DNA of 64,000 nt from a virus (taxonomy: Duplodnaviria > Caudoviricetes), in the IMG/VR virus record IMGVR_UViG_3300028805_003982. One strand, 5' to 3'. Below, piece after piece: positions 29,133 to 39,900 of the stretch. The position numbers and the translations under genes are program-made. The notes under the pieces are model-generated. The model ran no database searches, had not been told where the DNA came from, and worked only from the letters and a program-made list of their open reading frames with translations. Every line of letters begins with the position of its first letter. Position 1 is the first letter of the stretch.

Positions 29133-29786
29133 ATGCTGAAATATGATGTGAATTTCGGAAGCTTTTTGGTTGCGGATCAGGAGAGGTTGTCAAAGAAAGA
29201 TCCTGCAACGTATAGGGATGCCTTGGTTACGGCATATTTTAATCTTTATGACCAGTTGAGCATGGTAGGCCTTAACGGACTGACTTCGGAGGTTTTGAGT
29301 TCAGATAAGATGAAGGATCTTGTTGACGTGGATATGTTCTGGTTTATCGGCCTTGATGAGCAGGGACATATCATAAAGGATAATCCGCCCGTATACGCGG
29401 CTAAGCTCAGATTGTATGAGCCGTGGATGGAAAGTATCCAGAGAAGCGAGATAGCGTTTGCCAATAAACAGGCGATCGAAGGCGCTGTTAAAAGCCTCGC
29501 AGATGACGGCAGCGCGTCTTCCGTTATAGTCTGCTACGGCAGCTTTGATTTTGATATCGGACATGCGCCGAAGAACGCAGAAGAAAAGGAATGGCAGTCC
29601 ATGATAGACGATGCCAGGTCAGAGAACATCAAAGCAATGAACGGCATATATGACACCTTGCATAACTACGGCTTGGGTATGTATGACTTTGTTACCGGTT
29701 TTACTCCGGAAAACCAGTTCAGTTACAGGGAACACGGCGTTGCTGAGTTTGATGATTTAGGATGCGCCGAATCAGTATCACTTTAA
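29133..29786 (+). CDS. Hypothetical protein
   Basis: GGAGGAG SD, 217 aa. Confidence 0.65.
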   Translation: MLKYDVNFGSFLVADQERLSKKDPATYRDALVTAYFNLYDQLSMVGLNGLTSEVLSSDKMKDLVDVDMFWFIGLDEQGHIIKDNPPVYAAKLRLYEPWMESIQRSEIAFANKQAIEGAVKSLADDGSASSVIVCYGSFDFDIGHAPKNAEEKEWQSMIDDARSENIKAMNGIYDTLHNYGLGMYDFVTGFTPENQFSYREHGVAEFDDLGCAESVSL

Positions 29787-29801
29787 GTTTTGAAGAAACA
29801 C

Positions 29802-29832
29802 AGGCGTCGGGAAACCGGCGCCTTATTATTTT
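29802..29832 (+). terminator. Rho-independent terminator
   Basis: AGGCGTCGG-GAAA-CCGGCGCCT then T-rich run. Confidence 0.75.
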
Positions 29833-29930
29833 GTGTTGATTTATATTAAAAAGTATTGCATTTTACCGCATTTTTCCTAAAACGCAGTTATACTAATGGT
29901 ATAACCAAATAAATGAAAGGAGCGCTCTAC

Positions 29931-30227
29931 ATGGCACGAAGCAAAGTGAAAATATCTGAAGCGCGGAGTTTCCGTATCCGAAAAGACCTTTGTGACAGGC
30001 TTGATGATTATTCGGATGTCAGTATGATCCCTAAAACAGCCTTGGTCGAAAAGGCTCTGGAAGAATATCTCGATAAAGTAGCCCCGGTAGAAGAGGGTTA
30101 TGAGAACTCTTATGTCAGCCCGATCGTTGCAGAACAGGAGCATTATCAGGCACCGGCAGCAATAAGGCGTCCCGCAAGTGTTTCTACGGGAAATCTGCAG
30201 GCGTTAATGAACAATTCACAGCATTAG
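29931..30227 (+). CDS. Ribbon-helix-helix DNA-binding protein
   Basis: RSFRIRKDLCDRLDDYS...IPKTALVEKALEEYL; AAAGGAG SD. Confidence 0.8.
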   Translation: MARSKVKISEARSFRIRKDLCDRLDDYSDVSMIPKTALVEKALEEYLDKVAPVEEGYENSYVSPIVAEQEHYQAPAAIRRPASVSTGNLQALMNNSQH

Positions 30228-30249
30228 TATTTCTTATTATTTGTTTAAT

Positions 30250-30285
30250 AAGGGGGTTTCGGGTTAATCGGGACCTCTTTTGTTT
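30250..30285 (+). terminator. Probable terminator
   Basis: AAGGGGGTTTCG...CGGGACCTCTT then TTGTTT. Confidence 0.55.
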
Positions 30286-30371
30286 CTTAAAGACATTTTA
30301 TGTGTTATAATATGTAGGTAAACTGTGGGGATACCTATGAGTAAAGCAGGTTTTCGAACGGAAAGGAAATT

Positions 30372-31424
30372 ATGAAGTTAGTACACTCTTTTCTTGCAAG
30401 CGCCCTTGCACTTATGTTTGTCGGTTCATATCTTTATCCCGTTTCAGCCGATCAGATCGATTCGGCTTTTAGTCAGTCGGTAAAGATCGTTAACGACAGT
30501 TCTCAAAGTGCAGAGTTTAATAAAACATATTCTTACTCCCTTGAGGCAGTAACCGATCCTGAAAAGCTTGATATCATCGAGCAGGGAGGGATGCCGGTAT
30601 CTGCCGGTGTAGAGGGAGCTCTTTCATTGATCGAGTCAGAGGTTTCTTTTTCGTTTTCCGTAGATGCCGGTGTTGGCGAATACTCGGAAACAAAAGAGAT
30701 ACCTTTTGCTATTGATATGGATCTGTTTACAAACCCCGGCGTGTATCGTTATGAATTGTCATGTGATACGACCGGGGATGTCGCTGTCTTGGACGCTTAC
30801 ATCCTCAGAGAAGAAGGCTCTCTTACCCTGGGCGGTTGTGTTTTCTATGAGGACGGCGTTAAGGTTAACGGCTTTATTGATGAATATGTCGTAGAAGAAG
30901 GGGAGACAACCCTTTATAACGCCATTTTCAGATTCATTGATACTGAGGGGAATAAGATAGCTGATGACATAGTCTTAACATCGACCGTGATCGACGATCC
31001 TTCTATCAAGTCGGACAGACCTGTTAAAGCAGCAAGTCTTCCCGGAAGAACGCTCGGTGTGGCAAACCGTTTTAACAGCGGGCTGGTCATACTTTATACA
31101 ATGTCTTATGATCAGTTGACTTCTGCATTGGAAGAATATGAGATCGTTAAAAAGAGTCTCCTCAGCGACGGTTATAAGCTGATATCAGATGATGTGGCAT
31201 CTCACCCCGAAGGAGAATCGTGGTTTGCAGATGATCCTGCTCAAACAAATATCTACTATATTACTTTTGAAAAGAGTAATCCGTCTCCGATCAATCCTAA
31301 AACAGGAGACCCCATTCCGGTTTTTACTTACTATGCGATAGGATTCACGACAGTAGGAGCTGCCTTGTTTCTCATCATAGTAATTAAGAATAAAAAAGAA
31401 AATAATTCCAAGGAGGAAAATTAA
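30372..31424 (+). CDS. Ancillary/basal pilin-like protein
   Basis: Signal peptide, FTNPGVYRY pilin domain, FIDTEGNKIADD module, NPKTG + TM + basic tail. Confidence 0.75.
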   Translation: MKLVHSFLASALALMFVGSYLYPVSADQIDSAFSQSVKIVNDSSQSAEFNKTYSYSLEAVTDPEKLDIIEQGGMPVSAGVEGALSLIESEVSFSFSVDAGVGEYSETKEIPFAIDMDLFTNPGVYRYELSCDTTGDVAVLDAYILREEGSLTLGGCVFYEDGVKVNGFIDEYVVEEGETTLYNAIFRFIDTEGNKIADDIVLTSTVIDDPSIKSDRPVKAASLPGRTLGVANRFNSGLVILYTMSYDQLTSALEEYEIVKKSLLSDGYKLISDDVASHPEGESWFADDPAQTNIYYITFEKSNPSPINPKTGDPIPVFTYYAIGFTTVGAALFLIIVIKNKKENNSKEEN

Positions 31425-31427
31425 AGC

Positions 31428-32756
31428 ATGAAGAAAACAAGACAGAGAATTGCGAAGACGCTTATTGCTTGTATGATGGCCGGAACGCTTGCCGTACCTG
31501 CTTTCGCGGCTGAAGTGCCTTCAACCGGTGTTATTGAAACAGATGACACCACGGTCTCCATTTCAAAGGCTTTCCTTGTCCTGAATGACGGCTACACCAA
31601 GTCGTACAGCCCTGACATCACTTTTACTTTCAGTGCTGCACCGGCTAACGTTGCCGCAGGTACAACGATCACGGACGAGAATGACAACACGATCACTGTT
31701 CAGGCAGGTGTTGCAGGAGGCCTTTCGTCCACATCTTCTCTTGATCTCGCATCACAAGAGGTTGTTGAGACAGACGCGGGTGCTACAGCCCTTTCAGAGG
31801 TTGTAAAAGGCACTTTTGATTTTGAGGTCGATCTGACCCAGTTTACACAGCCCGGCGTTTACCGTTATCAGATTACTGATACTACTCCTACGGCAAACCT
31901 TTATAACGCAGGTATTGTAAGACCCGATTCTTATGACACTACAAGAGAGCTTGATGTGTATATCGAGCGTGATGCAACTTCAGGTAACCTTGAAGTTAAG
32001 GGCTATGTTCTTTTGGATGAAACTCCCGGCACTATCGTTCCCGGTACACCTAAGGTTCCCGGCTATGAGATCGGCGGTGACCTTGAGAAGAAAGAGTGGT
32101 CTGAGCAGAATCCCGGCCCCGGCGGAGAGACTTCTGGCGTAGGCTACGAGGTTCTCGGCGACGATACTATGGACTCTTATACAACGTATAACATGTCTGT
32201 AGAAAAGATCGTTACAGGTAATATGGGTGATACGGATCACCAGTTCCCGTTCGCAGTTTCTTTCGAGAACAGCAACGATAACGCAACAGTACCTGCAAAT
32301 TACTATACTCAGCTGGGCAGTGTGATCGCTTCCGAGTCTTCTGATGAGGCTTCTACAGCATTGAAGCATGAGGACGTTTTCCATATCTACGGACTTAATC
32401 CTTTTGCGGTTGCAACCGTAACCGAGACTAACGATACAGCTAACGCTTATACTGTTACGTCTTCTGACGGATCTATCTCAGGCGTAGTTACCAACGCTGG
32501 CGCTGACGCAGAGACTGATCCTCTTGCAATCTCAACTTACGATACTGTCAACAGCGCTACTGATGTTTCCAATGAGGCAGATGCAGGTGATGATAATGAC
32601 CTTACCGTTACCAACAACCTTGGTATCGATACACCTACAGGCGTGCTCCTGAAGGCAGCTCCTTTTGTAGCTATCATCGGTGCTTTTGGTGCAGCTCTTG
32701 CAATCTCAAAGGCTAAGTTCGGTAAGAAGAAGACAGCTTCTGATATCGAGGAGTAA
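31428..32756 (+). CDS. Backbone pilin (FCT-like)
   Basis: Paralog of 7093 (YDTTRELDVYI.RDAT); DTPTG sorting motif. Confidence 0.85.
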   Translation: MKKTRQRIAKTLIACMMAGTLAVPAFAAEVPSTGVIETDDTTVSISKAFLVLNDGYTKSYSPDITFTFSAAPANVAAGTTITDENDNTITVQAGVAGGLSSTSSLDLASQEVVETDAGATALSEVVKGTFDFEVDLTQFTQPGVYRYQITDTTPTANLYNAGIVRPDSYDTTRELDVYIERDATSGNLEVKGYVLLDETPGTIVPGTPKVPGYEIGGDLEKKEWSEQNPGPGGETSGVGYEVLGDDTMDSYTTYNMSVEKIVTGNMGDTDHQFPFAVSFENSNDNATVPANYYTQLGSVIASESSDEASTALKHEDVFHIYGLNPFAVATVTETNDTANAYTVTSSDGSISGVVTNAGADAETDPLAISTYDTVNSATDVSNEADAGDDNDLTVTNNLGIDTPTGVLLKAAPFVAIIGAFGAALAISKAKFGKKKTASDIEE

Positions 32757-32760
32757 TTGA

Positions 32761-33276
32761 GTGGAAGAAAAAGGCGGATTTAAGACCAAGAAGTTCAAGA
32801 TAAACGGGCTCGTTGAGTTTGGAATAAAATTAGCGGCCTTCTTGTTAGCTCTCTTTATTACTTTCGTCTTTGTCATCGGTGTGGTGTCCGCGAGATCGGA
32901 TTCGATGTCTCCTAATATCAAATTTCGCGACACTGTTGTTTATTCCAGGATGAATCATGAGTATTTTTTAAATGATTCTGTTGTTTATAAATATAATGAT
33001 GAAATCTATATAGCAAGAATAGCGGGTACCCCCGGTGATCACATAAAAATAGACGCGCACGGGAACCTATACAGGAACGAACATCTTGTATATGACACTC
33101 ATGTGTATATCGGTTCTACTGTTTCCCCTGAATGCGACGTTACTCTGCCGGAAGGCGAATACTTTGTATTGGCCGACAATAGAGAAACAGTCGATGACAG
33201 CAGAACACAGGGTACGGTTTCCGAAAAGGACATTAAAGGATCTGTACTCTTCATATTAAGAAGGTTCGAAGTATGA
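32761..33276 (+). CDS. SipA/LepA-like signal peptidase I homolog
   Basis: SDSMSPN keeps Ser but the catalytic Lys reads A (IARIA); ADNR..DSR. Confidence 0.85.
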   Translation: MEEKGGFKTKKFKINGLVEFGIKLAAFLLALFITFVFVIGVVSARSDSMSPNIKFRDTVVYSRMNHEYFLNDSVVYKYNDEIYIARIAGTPGDHIKIDAHGNLYRNEHLVYDTHVYIGSTVSPECDVTLPEGEYFVLADNRETVDDSRTQGTVSEKDIKGSVLFILRRFEV

Positions 33277-33983
33277 AGACGGCAACCAAGGTTCTGGAAA
33301 CCATCATCGAGATAGTATGCTTTTGTGCCATCTCGTGCGCGATCTATTTTCTTCTTGAAAACTATAGGATCGAACGTCAGGCAGAAAATTATGCTTCAGA
33401 GTATAAGGAACTGCTTACGGAAGATGAAAACGGAAGAATGTCTTTGGAGGAGCTTCAAAAGCTCAATCCTGACGCAGCCGCATGGATCGAGATATACGAT
33501 ACTACTCTGGATTATCCGATCATGAAGGGGAGACCGGAGTATACATATCTTAATCGCGATTTCCTGGGGAATAACTGTATAACCGGGTCACTTTATATCC
33601 GTAACATAGATGACCGATATTTTACGGATGAATATGAGATCGTGTACGGACATCATATGGCAAACGGGGGGATGCTCGGTTGCCTTGACTATTTTGCCGA
33701 TCCTGCTTACTTACAAGCACATAATAAAGGTCAACTTATAACTGAAAAAGAAACTTACGATGTCGAAGTGTTGACTCTGATAATTACGGATTCATACAAC
33801 GACACTTTATATACAAATAACGAGCGCGAGTATTTCTATAAGGCTATGGAAAATGCTACGGTGCTCACGGGGAGCCTGCCGGAAAGGGATAAAGAAGGCA
33901 CTTTGCTTTTGTTTTCCACCTGTTCGGCTTCCGGAAATACAGATAGGACAATATTGATAACGCGACTTACGAAGCAGATGTAA
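33273..33983 (+). CDS. srtB: Class B sortase
   Basis: VYGHHM, FSTC, DR. Confidence 0.9.
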   Translation: MKTATKVLETIIEIVCFCAISCAIYFLLENYRIERQAENYASEYKELLTEDENGRMSLEELQKLNPDAAAWIEIYDTTLDYPIMKGRPEYTYLNRDFLGNNCITGSLYIRNIDDRYFTDEYEIVYGHHMANGGMLGCLDYFADPAYLQAHNKGQLITEKETYDVEVLTLIITDSYNDTLYTNNEREYFYKAMENATVLTGSLPERDKEGTLLLFSTCSASGNTDRTILITRLTKQM

Positions 33984-33995
33984 GGAGACAGTAAA

Positions 33996-36900
33996 ATGAG
34001 AACCTCAGTACTTAAAAAAGCAGCAGTATTTATGATACCTATGATGTTATTTAACTTTTTAGGTACCAGTGTTGGACTTGCTTATGAGACATTTGACGGG
34101 GAAGAGCCGACAGAAATAGTCGAACCTCAAAACGCAGGATCTGAAGAACAGGTTCCGGCAGAACCTCAAGAAGCTATGAGCAAACAGGACAAAGTTACTG
34201 CTGAGCCTGAAAAAGATCCTGTTGATAATGAAGCGGACAAAACTGATCCGGCAACGGATTCTCCTAAAACAGACCCAGCTTCTGATAATACAACAGAGCC
34301 GGCTGCCGATACTGGCACGCCTTCTGAAAATGCGGATAACCCGACTGATGAACCTACCGAGGTGTCTTCAGAAGCTCCCGCAGCAACCGAGGAATCTTCA
34401 GCCGTTACAGGAGAACCCGAAGAGACGCCGAGAAAGGCTCCTTTGAGAGGCGCGTCCACTATAGCAACTGCGGGTGTTGACGCTTATGCTATTCTTTACG
34501 ATGACGGTGAGCTCGTATTCCAGAAGGGCAATGAGCCTGAAGAGGGAAGAACAGCAGCTGAGATCTGGGAAGTTAATCCTTCTGAGGATATAGCAAGCGA
34601 TGAGTATGTCGGTTGGCATGACAATGATGATGTTCAGGTTATTACCTTTAAGGATAAACTTGAAGGCGTTACCAGTCTGCGAGAGTTTTTCTATTCACTT
34701 GACAATCTGACAGCTTTTAATAATCTTTCTTATTTAGACACGTCCGCGGTTACTGCGTTTAATAGTGTTTTTTATAGTCTGCCTTTAGTTACTGAGATAG
34801 ATCTTACCGGTTGGGACACTTCGTCCGGCGAAACCTTTTCCAATATGATCACTTCTTGTGGCAGCATTACCAGTTTGGATCTGTCGATGCTTGATATTTC
34901 AAACGCTTCTGCTATTAGTACGTTGGTTCTTGCTTGTTCACAATTAAAGACAATTAATTGTGATGGCTGGGATCTCCGTTCGGTTCCATCTCTGTCTGCG
35001 GCCAGCGGTATATTTCAAAGCATGTCTCTTGATTCTATTTCGATGCGGAATTGGACCAATGTTCCTGACGGATCACACATCTTCGGCAGGGGGTGGGGTG
35101 CCGCCAAGTCTCTGGATGTAACAGGCTGGCAGTTCCGTTCCAACGCAACAAGAATGGAAGGCTTTTTCTGCAGTTCTGCGATCCAGGAAATCGTAGGACT
35201 TGATACTTGGGACGTTTCCAATTTTACATATATGGGCGCGGCCTTCCAGGGGTGCGGAGCTTCTGATCTGAGTGGTATCACAAACTGGGATACAGGCAAT
35301 GTAACTGATACGAACAATATGTTCAATGATTGCAGCAATCTGACATCTCTTGATCTGTCCGGTTGGGATACACATAGTCTTGCCACAATGTCATCTATGT
35401 TTTACAACAACTCTAATCTTACATCTCTTGATTTAAGTAATTGGGATTTAAGAAGTCTTGATCCGTCCAGATACCCTACCGGGGGTGCTTTAAGCATACC
35501 TTCATTAAAAACACTTACTTGTAAGAATTGGAGTCATGTTCCCGGAATGAACTCTATGTGGTTTGGCAGAGGCATGAGTTTAGGCGGTGCCTCTCTTGAC
35601 TATATTGATGTTACAGGCTGGGACCTGTCGGGAACAACAAGCATTGAGACGCTCTTTGCCAATATGAACGTTAAGGAAATAAGAGGGCTTGGCACTTGGA
35701 CCAATACGTCCGGCATTACTAACGTTAATCAGGCTTTTGCTTATATTAACAGTTTGTCTTCACTTGATCTTTCAGGCCTTGACCTCAGTGGTGTTACTGA
35801 TGCGAGCCAGTTGTTCAATACTTCATCTGCATTGGTTAGCATCGATCTCGGTTCTAATGATTTTGCCAACAATACTAATTTTAATGGCATGTTTACTGAA
35901 TGCTCAAAGCTGCAGACTTTAGATCTCAGTAATGTTGATTTTTTATCAGCTACGGATACGGACGGTATGTTCCTGGGTACAACGGCACTTAAAACAATTA
36001 CTTTACCCGCTTCTTATAAGCTGGTTGGTTCTGGATCTGAGTTGGACGCCGGGCTTACCGATTCTTGGGGTAATATTAATACCAAGGTTTGCTATGATGC
36101 GGCAGATCTTACAAAAAACTTTACGTCCGACATGGCAGGGACTTATGAAAAGATAATCCAGACGGTAAATCTCCATTATAGCGGCGGCAGCAGTTCTGCC
36201 TTTGTAGATGCTATTTACCTTTCTGAAAATACACGTTTCGGGGATCTTCCTGAGACTGTAACAAGAGGAACCGATGAGTTCTTAGGCTGGTATAATGATG
36301 ACGGTTCTGTTAAATATACAAACTCTTCAAGATCTTTTCCTTCTGATCTTTATGCTGTATATGGTCATGAGCCTGATGTTGCAACAGCAGGCGTTGATGC
36401 ATATGCGATCCTTTACTCAGATAACACCTTTGTCATCCAGAAGGGTAATACACCTGATGAGCAGCATGGCACCGTTACCAGTATCTGGGAGATTCCTGTT
36501 TCCGGTGGATTCCCCGCATGGTATAACTACGTTTCCAATGTAACTAAGGTTGAGGTTAAGGACAGACTGGTTGAAAGAACGGCACTTACAGCTTTTTTTG
36601 CAAACTTTAATTCTTGTACGGTATTTGAAAACCTTGATTACATAGATCTGTCTAAAGTCACAACTGTTGACAGGATGTTTATGAATAACAGGGCTGTTTC
36701 TTCTTATGAAGGAACGGGTATCGAGAATTGGGATATATCAAACGTCGGTAATTTTGAATATCTGTTTAACAGTAATAATCTTGTAACCACAATGCCAGAT
36801 CTTTCTAACTGGGTCTTTAAGGCAAATGCCAGAGTTTCTAACATGCTTCCTTCCGGTCTTGTTTCAGTAGGGGGCCTTGGCAACTGTGACATTTCTAATC

Positions 36901-39900
36901 TTACTTCTTTGGCCAACATGTTCTCAAATCTTTCTTCGTTGACTGATATAAACAGCCTGGCTAATTGGGATGTCAGCAACATTACCAGTATGCAGGGAAT
37001 TTTCCAGAACTGTTCATCTCTTGTAGATCTTGCGCCTCTTAGTAATTGGAACACTTCTCGTGTTACAGCCTTAAATGATGCCTTTAACGGGTGTTCGTCC
37101 TTGACAAATCTTGACGGTTTGGCCAATTGGGACTTAAGTCAGGTTACTACTCTTCGTCAGGCGTTTTACTGTAACACCTCACTTACCGATATAAGCGGGT
37201 TAAACAACAAAAACTGTACGGCTCTTACCGATATGCGTAGTATGTTTTATCAGGATGCGGCCATTGACAGTGTTTTCTCTGGTCTAAATGCTCCGGCTTT
37301 GACTACTATGGACTACGCATTCTATCAGTGTACTGGGCTTAAGCAGGTTAACGGCATGTCTGACTGGAATGTTCCGTCACTCTCTTCGTTTGATTCGTGT
37401 TTTTCAGGAGATACGGCTTTAACAAGTATAGAAGGTCTTTCAGGTCTTTCTGAAGCACCTTTTACCGAACTGAATAACGCATTTAACGGCTGTAGTGCCT
37501 TAACATCGCTGAACGGTCTTGAAGACTGGAATGTTACCGGAGTCGGCAATAATGCCGACAGCTATTTCAATAGGTTCGGAGCGATCTTTGCAGGTTGTTC
37601 AAGTATCACAGACGTAGACGCTTTGGCTGATTGGGACGTTTCGCATAATACCTTGTTTAGATATATGTTCGATTCCTGTAATAATCTTGCGGATCTGTCA
37701 GGTCTTTCCGGCTGGGATACGTCAAGTGCCAAGTCGTTTAATAATATGTTTTTCAGAGATTCTGCGATTACCGATCTTTCTCCGATAGCACACTGGAATA
37801 CGGCAAGCGTTACAGACATGTCCGAAATGTTTGGCGGTTATAACGGCGATGCAGTAATTTCCGAGTTGGATTTCAGTAATTGGGATTTCAGCAGCGTAAC
37901 CAATGTCAACAATATGTTGTCGAATGTTAAAGATGAATCCGTCCGCATCGTAAAGCTTCCTGCTACATTTAAGAGCGGCAATACAGGTCTTACGGGTTCT
38001 TTCATACATGTAGAAACAGGGGAGACCGCACAGATCGGTACAGTAATGAGCTCTTTCACAGCCGATAGGGCCGGTACATACTATAAGTTAGAAGATCTGC
38101 ATTTTTATGCTATGGGCGGTGTATCATCTGTTGCTACAGCTAAAGTTTCTCCTTTAGGCTTTGCTACATTAAACGAGCTTCCTACGGCAACCCGAAATGG
38201 TTACAGATTCCTTGGTTGGTACACTGATCCCGTTGCAGGAGAACTCTTTACTGAGTATCCGACAGGTGAGTATCTGACAGCTCTGTATGCTCATTGGGAG
38301 GCTGATGGCACTTATACTTTAATCTTGAATCCTAACAGAACCGGGTTAGAAGCAGTTTCTGTTGAGCTTGCAAAAGACGAACTGTATAGTTTAGACCCTA
38401 CGATTTTTGGAGAAGTAGAAGGATATTCGGTTGTTAACTGGGCTACCAGAGCATCCGGTAAAGGAACTGTTTACAGGGCAAGTCAGTCTGTTATGAACCT
38501 TTGCGACGATCCGGGTGATACTATTACTTTGTATGCACAGTGGGCAAGCAATACGACCTTTACCATTACAGCACACTATATTAATGCCATTACGGGAGAG
38601 GAATTAAAAACTGCTGACTATCAGATGGTTAGTGGCGGTTGTTTCTTAGACCTTGATCCAAGCATCGGATATTATGATGAGCAGGTAGAAAACTATACAA
38701 CATATTTTTGGAGCAAACGTGCTGATATCTATTCTGATGCTCAGACAACATATCCGGCACAGTATCTTTCTTATTATTACGGCGGCGAAGATAGTAATGA
38801 GTATCAGTTGATCCACATGTATAACACTAAGTTCTATACAGATACAACTGATATCTATGCGTATTGTGTACCTCCTCTTCAGGCAAGATTCTGGTTTGCG
38901 AATTGCGCTGCCGATGTTCTTCCCGCAGAGGCTCTTACTTTTGAACTCGACGGTCATACATACGGCAATGGCGAGTATGTTGATATTCAGAAATTTGTTG
39001 TTGATAGTTATGACAGGCATGATACTTTCTCAACATCTTTCTCTGTCAGAGTTGGCAGCAAGTTCCAAATGTATTCGCCCAATAACCTTCTGAACAACTC
39101 TTCGTTGTTTAACAATAATCAATATATCAGTTATTGTGATTATACGATGTGGGCAACTCCTGATGTTCTTGATAGTGAAGGCAGGATCAAATCTTCAGGG
39201 TCAGACGGTTCTGCTAATTACGGCAATTATTGGGGTTATAAGGAGATATATGATGATCAGGGTAGCTACTTAGGATATGAGTATGAACATGATTACCGTC
39301 CTTGGTACGGCGATTCTATCGACGTTTATTGTGTACCTAACATAAGGATTTTCGTTAATTATCAAAATGATAACGAGCCTTACTATCATTTTGACGGAAT
39401 TGATGCAAATACGTATTACAGTCTTTATAGTTCTTCCGGAACTCTTTATGACATCCATAATTTTGCCTTACCCTATATCTCTACACCGTCTGCACCCGAG
39501 GGTAAGATCTTTAAAGGATGGTTCACAGAGCCTGTCGGCGGCACAGAGCTTCATGAGGGCGATCTGGTTGACCTTCTAGAGTTGCGCATCTTCTACGCTC
39601 AGTGGGATGATGATCCGACATATGATCCTGATATCACTCCTACTCCGACGCCGACACCGGCGGGGCCGTTCTATCCTAATGGTTCAGATCCTAAGCAGTT
39701 TATAACGATTACTTACGATCCTCAGGACGGTCAAGTGGCGGACGGAAGCGTAAGACGGGGAGAGCCTATTACGCGTGTCATCAGTTTGGGTTCTATTCCT
39801 GCTAATTTACAGGCTTATAGCAATCAGCCTAATCATTATTTTGACGGTTGGTACTCCAATCCTGACGGAACAGGCTATAAGATACCTTACGTTACTTATC

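Noticed and set aside
29866-29879. CCGCATTTTTCCTA as a fourth class A motif
   Set aside because: Lacks AAAGG, WAGAY and a correctly spaced -10
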